Positions 1-9,736 of a stretch of DNA of 64,000 bases are shown in pieces. The notes below the pieces were generated by a model. The model was not told the DNA's origin and did not search any database. It worked only from the letters and a program-made list of their open reading frames with translations. The first letter of the stretch is position 1, and each line of letters opens with the position of its first letter. The DNA lies in assembly GCA_044450645.1 (NCBI GenBank), contig JBIOJG010000022.1, positions 15,205-79,204 on the forward strand. Direction: 5' to 3'. Origin of the DNA: Candidatus Binatia bacterium (lineage in GTDB: Bacteria; Desulfobacterota; Binatia; HRBIN30). The translations under genes and the position numbers were made by a program.

Positions 1-705
1 CCGTTTGACATGAAAGGCGTCGGGCAGCTCGGCATCCGCTACCTGAGCGCGGCGCGGCAAGACGACACCTGGCTGTACGTTCCCGCCATCCGCCGGATCC
101 GCCGCATGTCAACGGCCCAACGCAGCGACTCTCTGTTCGGACAGGACACCGATCAGGACTCTTACTGGGGCTTCAGCGGTCACATCGCCTGGAGCAGCTG
201 GAAGCTGCTGGGCGTGAAGGACGTTCTCGGCGTCGTTCATCGCGAGCATTATCCCGTGCAGCGTTGCCCCGGCGGCGCGGACTTCACCTACTGTGACAAC
301 TGGGAAAAACGTCGTGCCTATGTCATTGAGGGCACTTCGAAGCTGCCGCAGTACGCCTACGGTAAGCGTGTACTCTACATCGATGCCGAGGCTTGGATCG
401 TCATGGCCTCAGATATATACGACCACCGCGGCGAGCTATGGAAGGTGTGGCTGGAGTTCTTCTCGTTCCGCAAACAAGCGTTGCCGGCCTCGAAGGTGGT
501 GTACGAGGATGAAATGGGCTTCACGTCCGCGGTCATGGTCGACACCCAGAGCCAACACGCCACAGTCATCATGATACCGGGCCCCGCCTCGCCGGATCCG
601 GACGCCTGGTACTTCAATCGCGGGCCGCAGTCTCCTTCACCGTATGCTCCCGGAAATGTCGAGGAAGTCTTCACGGTGCCGCATTTGATCTCGGCGGGGC
701 ACTGA
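1..705 (+). CDS. Secreted protein, DUF1329/LolA-like family, C-terminal part (5' end cut by window edge)
   Basis: Reading frame open from nt 1. The motif DDTWLYVPAIRRIRRMSTAQRSDSLFGQD resembles DUF1329 outer-membrane-lipoprotein-sorting-like proteins. No database check was done. Confidence 0.45.
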   Translation, partial: PFDMKGVGQLGIRYLSAARQDDTWLYVPAIRRIRRMSTAQRSDSLFGQDTDQDSYWGFSGHIAWSSWKLLGVKDVLGVVHREHYPVQRCPGGADFTYCDNWEKRRAYVIEGTSKLPQYAYGKRVLYIDAEAWIVMASDIYDHRGELWKVWLEFFSFRKQALPASKVVYEDEMGFTSAVMVDTQSQHATVIMIPGPASPDPDAWYFNRGPQSPSPYAPGNVEEVFTVPHLISAGH

Positions 706-946
706 TCGTCAGTGAACACCGGTGCTGCAAGACCGATGGACTCACCCCCTTCTCTGCCCGTAACGCTCGGGCGATCAGTTCATCGAGATTCCATAGCCCA
801 GCCGTGCCAAGGAGTTTTGCACCGCCGGGAATCCGACCCCAACTGGTTGGCAAATCTAAGACCAGCGGGCCCGCTCCGAAGCGGCCTGGCGCAAATTCCA
901 AGCCTGGCATGCAGTTAGCTGACTTCTCGGGGAGGAGGCGGCGGCT

Positions 947-1849
947 ATGGTCCGTCATATCCGATTCCACGGTCGCGGGGGGGAAGGTGTGAAGCTGGCG
1001 AGTCGCATCGTCAGTCGCGCCCTCTTTCTGGGCGGCCTGAATGTGCAGGACTCGCCGCTGTACGGGGCGGAGCGGCGCGGAGCGCCTGTGGTCGCCTTTA
1101 CCCGATTCAGCGAGGGGCCCATCCACGAGCGCGGCTATATCGAGAAGCCCGAGGTGGCGGTGCTGATGGACCATTCACTGCTGAACCATCCGGAAGCCGC
1201 GGTGCTCGCCGGACTCGATGAAACCAGCCTCCTATTGGTCAACAGCACCCATACCGAGCATGATCTGAAGGAGCGTTACCAAACCCCGGCACGTGTGGCT
1301 ACTCTCGACATCACGTCGATTGCGCTCGATCTGCTTGGGCACCAACTTTTGAGCGCCCCGATAGCGGGCTTTACCGCCAAGGCAGCTGGTCTCGCCCGAC
1401 AGGACCAGGTGGCCGAAGCGGTGCAGACGGAGCTGGCTGCAGTGGGTCTCAGCCAAGACTTGATCGAGCGCAACCTCAGGGCCACTCAACGGGCATATGA
1501 TGCCACCGCTTCGGTGGGTCTCTCGGAGCCCCGGCAAGCACCGCCTACCGCTGCACACCGGCCGTTTGTCATTCCGCGGCTCCCTGCCCGCACAGCCACG
1601 CCGATCATCAGCGCCGAGGCCACCAGCCTGTTGCGGACCACCGAAGGCTGGCGCGTGTACCGTCCGATCATCGAGCGAGGGCTGTGCACACGCTGCTTCA
1701 TCTGTTTCGCCCTCTGCCCTGAAGGCGCGATCCAGCTTGATCCCCAGAACTATCCGATCATCGACTATGCCCACTGTAAGGGATGCCTGGTGTGCATGAC
1801 TGAATGCCCGCCGAGAGCGATCAGCGATCTGCGGGAGGACGCCGCATGA
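947..1849 (+). CDS. porG: 2-oxoacid:ferredoxin oxidoreductase gamma subunit fused to delta (2x[4Fe-4S] ferredoxin) subunit
   Basis: N-terminal POR gamma-like region (GRGGEGVKLASRIV). C-terminus carries two CxxCxxCxxxCP motifs (CTRCFICFALCP, CKGCLVCMTECP). Stop overlaps the porA start as ATGA. Confidence 0.8.
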   Translation: MVRHIRFHGRGGEGVKLASRIVSRALFLGGLNVQDSPLYGAERRGAPVVAFTRFSEGPIHERGYIEKPEVAVLMDHSLLNHPEAAVLAGLDETSLLLVNSTHTEHDLKERYQTPARVATLDITSIALDLLGHQLLSAPIAGFTAKAAGLARQDQVAEAVQTELAAVGLSQDLIERNLRATQRAYDATASVGLSEPRQAPPTAAHRPFVIPRLPARTATPIISAEATSLLRTTEGWRVYRPIIERGLCTRCFICFALCPEGAIQLDPQNYPIIDYAHCKGCLVCMTECPPRAISDLREDAA

Positions 1850-3081
1850 CGCGCGAACTCCTCACCGGAAACGCCGCCGCGGCATGGGGTGCGCGCCTGG
1901 CGGAAGTCGATTACATTCCGGTCTACCCGATCACTCCGCAGACCGAGGTCATCGAAGCGCTGGCCCAGTGGGTCGCAGGGGGTGACCTTCCGGCGCGGCT
2001 GGTGACGATGGACTCGGAGCACTCAATGCTCACGGCTGCGGGCGCCGCAGCCGCCACCGGCGCACGTGTCTTCACCGCCTCCTCGAGCCAGGGGTTGGTC
2101 TACGGCCTCGAGATGCTCTACACCATCGCCGGATGGCGGGTGCCGCTGGTGCTCCTGAACGTGTCGCGCGCACTGTCCGCACCGATCACCCTCGAACCTG
2201 ACCACAACGACGTCCTGGCGGCCCGCGACAGCGGCTTCCTGCAAATCCATGCGGAGAGCTGCCAGGAGGTGTTGGACTCAGTGCTGATGGCGTATCGGTT
2301 GTCCGAGCATCCTGACGTACTCCTGCCCGTGCTGGTGAATCTCGATGGGTTTTATCTCTCCTTCACGCGCGAACCGGTGGAGCTGCCCGCAGTGGAGGAG
2401 GTGCGCGAGTTTCTACCGGCCTACAAACCGGCACGCGGCTTCTCCGCTTCACACGCCTTGGCGCAAGGGGTGGTGGTGCTCGGTGGGACGGGATACAGTT
2501 TTTTCAAGTATCAGATGCAACGGGCAGCGGAAGCGGCGCTGACGGTGCACGACGCCATCGCCGGCGAGTTCTGCAGACGCTTCGGGCGCTGTTACGGCGC
2601 GGTCGAAGGCTACCGGCTCGACGATGCCGATTGGGTGATCGTCATGTCGAACTCGTTCAGCACCGTGGGCAAAGACGAGGTCGCACGGCTGCGTGCGCGC
2701 GGCGAGAAGGTTGGCTTGCTGCGCCTCCGCCTCATCCGGCCCTTCCCCGATCAGGAGATTGAGTGGCTCCTCGGTGACCGGCGTGCCGTCGCCGTCATCG
2801 ATCAGAACATCTCCATCGGCAAGGGCGGGATCTTGTTCAGTGAAGTGGCCAGCGCCCTCCGCGGCCGCACGCCACCGCCGCTGCTCTCCTTCATCGGCGG
2901 GCTGGGAGGCCGCCGCTTTCGCAGCGAGGAGTTCGACACCATTATGGCTGCGCTGCATGCAGCCGAGAACGACGGCGGCTCGGTCGAACCGACCCTGCTC
3001 TACTCCGAAGCCGAGTACCGCCAGATGATGGAGATGCTGCGCGTCGCCCAACACGGCGCCGCAAGTACAGTGGAACTGTAA
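1846..3081 (+). CDS. porA: 2-oxoacid (pyruvate-type):ferredoxin oxidoreductase alpha subunit
   Basis: MTRELLTGNAAAAWGARLAEVDYIPVYPITPQTE is a typical PorA N-terminus. Start at the ATGA overlap with the upstream gene; the long ORF from 1804 is an N-terminal over-extension. Confidence 0.85.
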   Translation: MTRELLTGNAAAAWGARLAEVDYIPVYPITPQTEVIEALAQWVAGGDLPARLVTMDSEHSMLTAAGAAAATGARVFTASSSQGLVYGLEMLYTIAGWRVPLVLLNVSRALSAPITLEPDHNDVLAARDSGFLQIHAESCQEVLDSVLMAYRLSEHPDVLLPVLVNLDGFYLSFTREPVELPAVEEVREFLPAYKPARGFSASHALAQGVVVLGGTGYSFFKYQMQRAAEAALTVHDAIAGEFCRRFGRCYGAVEGYRLDDADWVIVMSNSFSTVGKDEVARLRARGEKVGLLRLRLIRPFPDQEIEWLLGDRRAVAVIDQNISIGKGGILFSEVASALRGRTPPPLLSFIGGLGGRRFRSEEFDTIMAALHAAENDGGSVEPTLLYSEAEYRQMMEMLRVAQHGAASTVEL

Positions 3082-3082
3082 C

Positions 3083-4060
3083 ATGTCCATTCGCCGCGAG
3101 ATCTACAAAGGCATCAAGGATATTCCCCGACAGGAGTACCTTGCCGGCGGCACCGGCCTCTGCGCTGGGTGCGGCGGACTGCTCGCCCTGCGTTTGTTTC
3201 ATAAGGCACTCGGCCCCAATGTGGTGTTCGTAAACGCCGCTGGCTGCCTGACTCTGCTCGCGGTCTTTCCCTTCACGCCGTTCCACTCGTCGTGGCTCTA
3301 CACGGCTATGGCTTCCGCGCCGGCGGGTGCCCAGGGCATTCGTGACGCCCTCGACATGTTGATCGCCAAAGGGAAATTGTCCAAAGACGAGGACCTCAAG
3401 GTCGTCGTGGTCAGCGGTGACGGGGCCGCCCACGGGATCGGTCTGCAGGCGACGCTTGCAGCCATCCACCGAGGTCTCGATTTCTACTACTTCTGCTACG
3501 ACAACGAAGCATTCGGCAATACCGGTTTTCAGATGTCACCGGCGTCGCCGTTCGGCTCACGAACGGGAACAACACCGGTCACCTCTGCCACGCCTGGCGG
3601 TACGCCGACGCACAAGCAGGACCTGTTCAAGCTCTGGGAGGCGCAGCAGCCGGCATTCGTCGCCACGCTGTCGCCTGCGTACCCGCTCGACCTCATGGAC
3701 AAAGTGGCGCGTGCCGGGCAGCTCACTGGTCCGAAGCTGTTCATCAGCCTGGCGTCGTGCCCCCCCGGCTGGGGCGTTGAACCGGCCGAATCGGTCGAGA
3801 TCGCCAAGCTGGCAGTCGAAACTGGTGTATGGCCGCTGAAGGAAGGGCGCGACGGCGCAGTCGTACACACCGTCAGGCCCCATCGCTTCCGCCCGGTGGA
3901 AGACTACCTGCTCGGACAAGCGCGTTACCACCATCTCTTCGCGCCGGTGCGGCAAGAAGCGATCTTGCGCCAACTCCAAAACGAAGTCGATCGCTACTGG
4001 GCGGAAGCAGATGCCGACGCCGGGGAAGCTGACAATCGGCAGGCAAACGTCCGAGCCTGA
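3083..4060 (+). CDS. porB: 2-oxoacid:ferredoxin oxidoreductase beta subunit (TPP-binding)
   Basis: Cys ligands CAGCGG and GDG(x)n TPP-binding motif (VVVSGDGAAHGIG). Follows porA after 1 nt. Confidence 0.85.
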   Translation: MSIRREIYKGIKDIPRQEYLAGGTGLCAGCGGLLALRLFHKALGPNVVFVNAAGCLTLLAVFPFTPFHSSWLYTAMASAPAGAQGIRDALDMLIAKGKLSKDEDLKVVVVSGDGAAHGIGLQATLAAIHRGLDFYYFCYDNEAFGNTGFQMSPASPFGSRTGTTPVTSATPGGTPTHKQDLFKLWEAQQPAFVATLSPAYPLDLMDKVARAGQLTGPKLFISLASCPPGWGVEPAESVEIAKLAVETGVWPLKEGRDGAVVHTVRPHRFRPVEDYLLGQARYHHLFAPVRQEAILRQLQNEVDRYWAEADADAGEADNRQANVRA

Positions 4061-4088
4061 CCTCCATCAATTCCCGCGTCACGAGCCT

Positions 4089-4112
4089 CACCAGCATCAT
4101 TACCAGCATCAT
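4089..4112 (+). repeat. Perfect tandem 12-mer ACCAGCATCATT x2, 60 nt upstream of the ligase gene
   Basis: Seen directly: caccagcatcattaccagcatcattgg. Possible operator or iteron. Confidence 0.5.
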
Positions 4113-4171
4113 TGGACAGGCGGCGGGCCTCCTGCCAGACTCCCGGCAGCGACCTGGCACGAAAGGTTGGG

Positions 4172-5527
4172 ATGAGAATGACGCAGCGACCGTACTGGAA
4201 CATGGCAGTGGAACCGCTCTTCGGCACCGAGCAGATGCAAGTGATTCAGTTGCAGCGGTTGCGCCAGCGCGTCCAGCAGCTCTTCGAGCATGCGCCATAC
4301 TTTCGGCGCCGGATGGAAGCTCGTGGCGTCGTGCCCGGGGACATTAAATCGCTCGCCGACTGGTCGCAGGCGCTGCCGCCGTTTACCAAGTCGGACTACC
4401 GCGCCCTCATGGAAGAGTGTGGTGGTGACGTCTACCGCTTCCTGGACGAAACGCTACCCGTACCGTTGAGCGAGCTGGTCTGCATGGCTGCCACCTCCGG
4501 CACCACCGGCGATCCACAACCGTATCCGCTGACCCGTGCGGATCTCGATCAGTTCTGGGGCGAGTTCCTGCTGCGCGCGCGCTGGCGGGCCGGGGTACGG
4601 CCCGGTGACCGGATGGTGCATGCGTTCGCACTGTCCATGTTCCTAGCGGGTGCCGCCTCTCTGCAGGCCAGGTGCGATGACGGAACGATGCAAATACCGA
4701 TCGGAGCGGAGGCTGGCGCGGCGCGCATCTTGAAAACGACACGATTTTTCCGCGGCAACGTCCTCTCTTGCACCCCGTCGCTGGCGGAACACCTCATCGA
4801 TCGCGCACCCGAGATTCTCGGGGAGCCAATTGCCTCCCTGGGGATCAAGGCCCTCCTCTGCGGTGGCGAGCCGGGCGCCGGCATCCCCGAAGTGCGGCGG
4901 CGCATCGAGTCCGCTTACGGCGCCAAGCTCTACGACCTTGGCGCCGGGCTCGGTGTGTCGTGTGATTTTCCCGAGTATCAAGGCATGCATTGGGTTGGGG
5001 ACGATCTCGTCCTCTACGAGCTAGTCGATCCGAATACACGTGAGCCGATCTCCCTCACCGACGGTGCACAGGGTGAGGGCGTCTTCACCGCCCTCTTGGG
5101 CGGCGGATTCGGTTGGACGCGTTTGACACTCGGCGACATGCATCAGGTCACCGTCTCCCCGTGCCCGTGCGGTGCAACCGGCTTCCGCTACCGCATAATC
5201 GGACGCGTGGATGATATGCTCAAGGTGAAGGGTGTGATTGTCTACCCTGCCGCCATCGACAGTGTCATCGCCAGCTTCATTCCGCGCGTGACCGGTGAGT
5301 TCCGCATCGCCCTCGACGAGCCGCCGCCGCGCGTCATTCCTCCCCTCAAGCTCCGCATCGAGCACGGCGAGCAGACGGTCAAGGCGGCCCTGCCGGCGCT
5401 CGAAGCCGAGATCATCAAGGCGATGAAGGAACGGCTCAAATTCACGCCGCAAATTATGTGGATCGAGCCGCGCACACTGGAGCGCAGTACCCACAAGACG
5501 CGATTCATCGAGGTGGAGGGAGCGTAA
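4172..5527 (+). CDS. Phenylacetate-CoA ligase family protein (PaaK-like / coenzyme F390 synthetase-like adenylating enzyme)
   Basis: PaaK-type N-terminus (YWNMAVEPLFGTEQMQVIQLQRLRQ), AMP-binding core (SGTTGDPQ) and C-terminal PaaK domain. Start ATG at 4172 follows an AAAGG RBS; the annotated 4112 start is an over-extension. Confidence 0.8.
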   Translation: MRMTQRPYWNMAVEPLFGTEQMQVIQLQRLRQRVQQLFEHAPYFRRRMEARGVVPGDIKSLADWSQALPPFTKSDYRALMEECGGDVYRFLDETLPVPLSELVCMAATSGTTGDPQPYPLTRADLDQFWGEFLLRARWRAGVRPGDRMVHAFALSMFLAGAASLQARCDDGTMQIPIGAEAGAARILKTTRFFRGNVLSCTPSLAEHLIDRAPEILGEPIASLGIKALLCGGEPGAGIPEVRRRIESAYGAKLYDLGAGLGVSCDFPEYQGMHWVGDDLVLYELVDPNTREPISLTDGAQGEGVFTALLGGGFGWTRLTLGDMHQVTVSPCPCGATGFRYRIIGRVDDMLKVKGVIVYPAAIDSVIASFIPRVTGEFRIALDEPPPRVIPPLKLRIEHGEQTVKAALPALEAEIIKAMKERLKFTPQIMWIEPRTLERSTHKTRFIEVEGA

Positions 5528-5572
5528 CAACTTCCAGGCCACCATCCACACAGGGCAATAGGGGGAAGACGC

Positions 5573-6268
5573 ATGCGGTTCGATAGTGTGCGCATCCAGG
5601 TCTCCGATCTCGGTCAGGCTGTAGGCCAATACGAGTTACTGCTGGGGGTGCAAACGTATCTGCTCGACGACGGTACGCAGCGGTTCCAGCTCGGACGCGG
5701 CGCGGTGGAGTTGGTGGAAGGAGAGCCGGGCCTGCACTCCTTGCGCTTTGCGGCGACCGATCCGACCGAAGCGCCATGGCCGTGCGCGTCCGATGCGTTT
5801 CACGGTCTGTGCGTACGTGTCGGCCCGCCATTGGATGTCCCGGCGCTGGAAATCTCTGATGACGCGGCGAACGCGATCGACCACGTGGTGGTCCACTCTC
5901 CCGACCTCGATCGTGCTCTCGCATTGTGGCGCGACCGATTGAGGCTTCGCCTGGCACTCGATCGTGAATTCCCCGCCCGCGGCTTACGCATCCTTTTCTT
6001 CCGCAGCGGGGGCATCACCCTCGAATTCGTCGGAATGCTACCGCAACCAGCAACCGCCGCAGGCCCCGACCGTCTCTACGGTGTTGCCTACCAGGTCAGG
6101 GATCTCGACGCGTATCGTGCTCGTCTGTTGCGGAACGGAGTTGACGTTGGCGCCATCCGCCCCGGCCACAATCCCGGCACCTCCGTGGTCACCGTGCGCA
6201 CCGGCACGGCAGGCATCCCCACGTTGCTGTTGAGCACTCGTACGAAACCGGATTCACATGGTCAGTGA
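5573..6268 (+). CDS. VOC (glyoxalase/bleomycin-resistance/dioxygenase) family protein, two tandem VOC modules
   Basis: Two repeats of the VOC fold pattern (HSLRFAATD...; HVVVHSPDLDRALALWRDRL). Family-level call only. Confidence 0.55.
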   Translation: MRFDSVRIQVSDLGQAVGQYELLLGVQTYLLDDGTQRFQLGRGAVELVEGEPGLHSLRFAATDPTEAPWPCASDAFHGLCVRVGPPLDVPALEISDDAANAIDHVVVHSPDLDRALALWRDRLRLRLALDREFPARGLRILFFRSGGITLEFVGMLPQPATAAGPDRLYGVAYQVRDLDAYRARLLRNGVDVGAIRPGHNPGTSVVTVRTGTAGIPTLLLSTRTKPDSHGQ

Positions 6269-6317
6269 GCGCCGCCCGCAATCCGGCCCCGGGCTGAAGC
6301 GAGCGGAAGGCGGTTCC

Positions 6318-7484
6318 TCACGCGCCGGTCTTGAAGTCTACGCCCTCCCCTCCCGAGCGCGGGTGGTGCTCGCGGTAGTCGCCACATTCGTTCAGTCGTC
6401 CAACGTACGGACAGAAGCTCCGGATGACTTCATCGTGGCAGCCGTAGACGTACGGGTACAGCCGGGCATAGGCGGAGTGTACGACCCTACGGATCTCGGC
6501 GGTGGGGAGATCGATGTGTTGGCGTGCGCTCCAGGAGAGCAGCAGTTCGAGTGTCTGCTCCCGGGTGTGACCGGCCAGGCGAAACGCCGAGGCCAGACGG
6601 ATCGCAGCATTGTTGCGATTGCCCGGTGCAATTCGTGTTTGCCACATCGCGAGACGCGCCGCGCAGAGGGCGTCTTCAGGCGCAGCCGAGGGCTCCGCCA
6701 GCCTGTATGGGTGCGGTCCGCGGGCCTGACGCAACGCCCGCCTTGCGCGTTGCAACAACTCGACTAGCGACGGCGTTGCGGAGACGTGCTCTTTCGGCAA
6801 CAGGCCCGCTGCGACAACACGTGGCAACGGGCGCGGCGTCTGGGCCAGTGTACGGATCTCGGCTGCGGAGCAGGTGAGTAACTCCTCGGCACTGAGACCG
6901 ACCTTGTACAGACCGCTGCCCGCATGCCCTGTGTTCGGCAGCCGCAGTAAGCGCACCTTGTCGCCGATCGCCAGATCGAACAACGCCCGCGCGGCGTCCG
7001 GCAGGGCCCTCAAGATCTGCAGACGTATCCGAGAAAAGATGCGGGGGAGGTCCCGTCTCGGAGCGACGCGGCCAAAGGCGCGCGTGTCGATGAGCAGGTG
7101 GAAGCCCTTGGCACCGCTGAAGTATGCATGCACCGCGGCAGGCGGCACCTGCCAGCGCTCGACCAGCAGCCGGTACGTGCGTCGCGCCAGGCTCTGCGCA
7201 TCGTCCAACCCGGCCGCTGGCGGATGCGCGTCGATATCGAGCGGCAAAAACGCCGCCCAGACGCGCCCGTCGTAGCCGGCGATCGAAGGCCGGCCTGCAA
7301 CGCGATGCTCCGCCAGGTAGAGCAGGATCTCATCCGCGAAACAGAAAACACTGGCGTAGCATTCCACCGCCCCGTGTTGCGCCACCAAGCCGGCGACATC
7401 GTCCACCGTCACCACATGATTCCGAAACCCCGCCTGCGCTTGGGCGGCGAAATCCACGTAGCGATACCGCGTGCCTCGTGCCAT
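6318..7484 (-). CDS. Archaeo-eukaryotic primase (PrimPol) catalytic domain fused to a PriCT-1 domain, with a C-terminal Cys/His cluster
   Basis: AEP motif I LPLDIDAH (DxD), motif II HAYFSGAKGFHLLIDT (SGxKGFH), motif III IGDKVRLLRLPNTGHAGSG. PriCT-1-like segment NRNNAAIRLASAFRLAGHTREQTLELLLSWS. C-terminal CPYVGRLNECGDYREHH. Start taken at the second Met (MARGTRYRY). Confidence 0.65.
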   Translation of the reverse strand: MARGTRYRYVDFAAQAQAGFRNHVVTVDDVAGLVAQHGAVECYASVFCFADEILLYLAEHRVAGRPSIAGYDGRVWAAFLPLDIDAHPPAAGLDDAQSLARRTYRLLVERWQVPPAAVHAYFSGAKGFHLLIDTRAFGRVAPRRDLPRIFSRIRLQILRALPDAARALFDLAIGDKVRLLRLPNTGHAGSGLYKVGLSAEELLTCSAAEIRTLAQTPRPLPRVVAAGLLPKEHVSATPSLVELLQRARRALRQARGPHPYRLAEPSAAPEDALCAARLAMWQTRIAPGNRNNAAIRLASAFRLAGHTREQTLELLLSWSARQHIDLPTAEIRRVVHSAYARLYPYVYGCHDEVIRSFCPYVGRLNECGDYREHHPRSGGEGVDFKTGA

Positions 7485-7746
7485 GTCTCTCTGCTGCTGG
7501 CAGTAGCATTGGCACGCAACGAGCAACAGGCCTGCTTGCTATGGAACTCAGTGGCTCAGGCAACCATTCAGGGGTTGTTCACCGCCGTGAGTATCTAAGG
7601 ACTCCACTACCCACCATTGGCGCCGAGTCGCCAGCACATTTGTACGTCTGCTCGTTCTGAATGTGTCTTGCAACCGCGGTACGCCTGTGAGAAAGAGCCC
7701 CCCGTCGCATTCTGAAGCCAACATCCGTAGCAGAGGAGGCACAACC

Positions 7747-9669
7747 ATGAAGCTGTTCGAGCGAGCCAAGATCGGAAGCATGGAGGTCAAGAACAGAATT
7801 GCCATGGCTCCGATGGGAACGAGCGGGCTGCCGGATGCCGATTTCGGCTACTCCCGCCGGTTGATCGACTTCTATGCTGCTCGGGCCAAGGGTGGCACGG
7901 GCATGATCATCACCGGCGCCGCCATCGTCAACACCGACATCGAAGGCGGCATCGCCCACTTCTTGCCCAGGCTCACCAACTCTTCCTTCATGGGACGCTT
8001 GTATGAGCTGTGCAACGCCATGCATCACTACGATTCGAAACTCGTCCTGCAACTGACTGCCGGCTTCGGCAGAGTGAACTACCTCGAGGGCAATCCCATT
8101 CCGCCGATTTCGGCTTCCGTCCTGCCGTGCTTCTACAACCCAGCCATCTCGACGCGAGCGCTGACGGTCGAGGAAATCGGACAAATCGTGAAGTCCTTCG
8201 CGACGGCCGCTGGCATGGCGAAGATGGCCGGCGTTGACGCGATCGAGATTCAAGGTTACGGCGGCTACTTGATCGATCAGTTCCAGACGGCACTGTGGAA
8301 CAAGCGCACCGATGCGTACGGTGGCGACCTGACCGGCAGACTGCGGCTCACCATGGAACTCATCGGCGCCACCCGATACGCGGTAGGCCCGGATTGCCCG
8401 ATCATCTACAAGTTCACCCCCGACCATTACATCCCCGGCGGGCGCAGGCTCGAAGAAGGCTTGGAGCTTGCCCGGCGGCTGGAGCAGGCCGGGGTCGATG
8501 CGCTGCACGTCGATGGCGGCTGCTACGAAGTGTGGCACCGCGTAATCCCGAGCATGTACGAGAAGTCCGGCTGCCAGATCGCCTTGGCCGAAGCCGTGAA
8601 ACGCGCCGTCAAGCTCCCGGTCATCGCGCACGGAAAGCTGGGAGATCCCACAGTTGCTCGTCAGGTCGTGGAAGAAGGCAAGGCGGACTTCGTTGCATTG
8701 GGGCGGCCGCTGCTGGCCGATCCGGACTGGCCCAAGAAGGCCAAAGACGGCCGGGACGACGACATCAAGCCGTGCATCGCCTGCAACGAGGGCTGTCTCA
8801 ATCCATTGCATCTCAGCTGCACGGTGAACGCTCAGACCGGCTGGGAAAAGGAGTATGCACCCACACCGATTGAGCGGAAGAAATCCGTGCTCGTCATCGG
8901 CGGCGGGCCCGGTGGACTGGAAGCGGCTCGGGTGGCAGCGGCCCGTGGGTGTAAGGTGACGCTGTGGGAGAAGAGCGACCGGCTGGGCGGGAAACTGCGA
9001 CTCGCCGCCGCACCGGACTTCAAGCGCGATATCAGGCCATTGATCCGATATCTCTCAACACAGGTCGAGAAGGCCGGCGTCAAGGTCGAACTCAAGAAGC
9101 AAGTCACTCCCGAGCTGGTTCGGAAGCACAAGCCTGACGTGGTGATCGTCGCCACCGGTTCGCAGTTCAAGCTGCCGGACGTTCCAGGCGTACGACTCGG
9201 TCACGTCCTGAGCACGGTGGACCTGTTCGAAGGGACAAAGTCGGTCGGAGAACGCGTGCTCGTGATCGGCGGCGGCTTGTGCGGCAGCGAGGCCGCCGCC
9301 CACCTAGCGCAACAAGGGAAACACGTCACCATCGTCGAAATGGCAGGCCAATTGATCCCGGAAGGAAAGAACGCCAACACCATGCTGGCGATTCACGCGT
9401 TGCTGGCCGACAGCAAGGTGGAAGTGCTGACGAACACGAAGCTCGTCGAGATCACCAAGGGCGGGGCAATCGTCGAATGCAACGGCGGCCGGCAAGAACT
9501 GGCAGCGGACTCCATCGTGGTGGCTACGGGGTTCAAGCCTGACCTCACCCTGCGTGATGCGCTCGAAGAGCACACACCGGAGATCGTTACCATCGGCGAC
9601 TGCGCCAAGCCACGCAACATCCTCAACGCCATCTGGGACGGTTTCCACGCCGCCCGGGTGATTGAGTAA
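7747..9669 (+). CDS. NADH:flavin oxidoreductase (Old Yellow Enzyme family) fused to an FAD/NAD(P)-binding domain; 2,4-dienoyl-CoA reductase / 2-enoate reductase-like
   Basis: OYE N-terminus MKLFERAKIGSMEVKNRIAMAPMGT, Fe-S motif CIACNEGC, C-terminal Rossmann GGGPGGLEAA. Strong RBS agaggagg before the ATG at 7747. Confidence 0.8.
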   Translation: MKLFERAKIGSMEVKNRIAMAPMGTSGLPDADFGYSRRLIDFYAARAKGGTGMIITGAAIVNTDIEGGIAHFLPRLTNSSFMGRLYELCNAMHHYDSKLVLQLTAGFGRVNYLEGNPIPPISASVLPCFYNPAISTRALTVEEIGQIVKSFATAAGMAKMAGVDAIEIQGYGGYLIDQFQTALWNKRTDAYGGDLTGRLRLTMELIGATRYAVGPDCPIIYKFTPDHYIPGGRRLEEGLELARRLEQAGVDALHVDGGCYEVWHRVIPSMYEKSGCQIALAEAVKRAVKLPVIAHGKLGDPTVARQVVEEGKADFVALGRPLLADPDWPKKAKDGRDDDIKPCIACNEGCLNPLHLSCTVNAQTGWEKEYAPTPIERKKSVLVIGGGPGGLEAARVAAARGCKVTLWEKSDRLGGKLRLAAAPDFKRDIRPLIRYLSTQVEKAGVKVELKKQVTPELVRKHKPDVVIVATGSQFKLPDVPGVRLGHVLSTVDLFEGTKSVGERVLVIGGGLCGSEAAAHLAQQGKHVTIVEMAGQLIPEGKNANTMLAIHALLADSKVEVLTNTKLVEITKGGAIVECNGGRQELAADSIVVATGFKPDLTLRDALEEHTPEIVTIGDCAKPRNILNAIWDGFHAARVIE

Positions 9670-9736
9670 CGGGCTACCCAACCAGCGCGCCTCGTGAGCC
9701 CCTGCGCTATGAGACGAGGAGCACGGGCGATCGGGC

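Noticed and set aside
1804-1845. N-terminal extensions of several ORFs (1804, 4112, 20602-21924, 38808-40616, 40600-41472, 43445-44722, 45536, 48594-49457, 50276-50854, 60904-61962)
   Set aside because: The extensions overlap upstream genes and lack family-conserved sequence. Internal ATG or GTG starts with RBS and typical family N-termini were preferred.
7579-8811. 410-aa ORF antisense to the OYE-family reductase gene
   Set aside because: It has no motifs and an Arg/Gly/Ala-rich composition typical of antisense frames in high-GC DNA, and it is fully embedded in a well-supported gene. The same applies to 10352-11191(+), 22101-23138(-), 22405-23187(-), 25547-26866(+), 30796-31674(-), 39411-40274(+), 45650-46693(-), 52384-54174(+) and 15978-16988(-).
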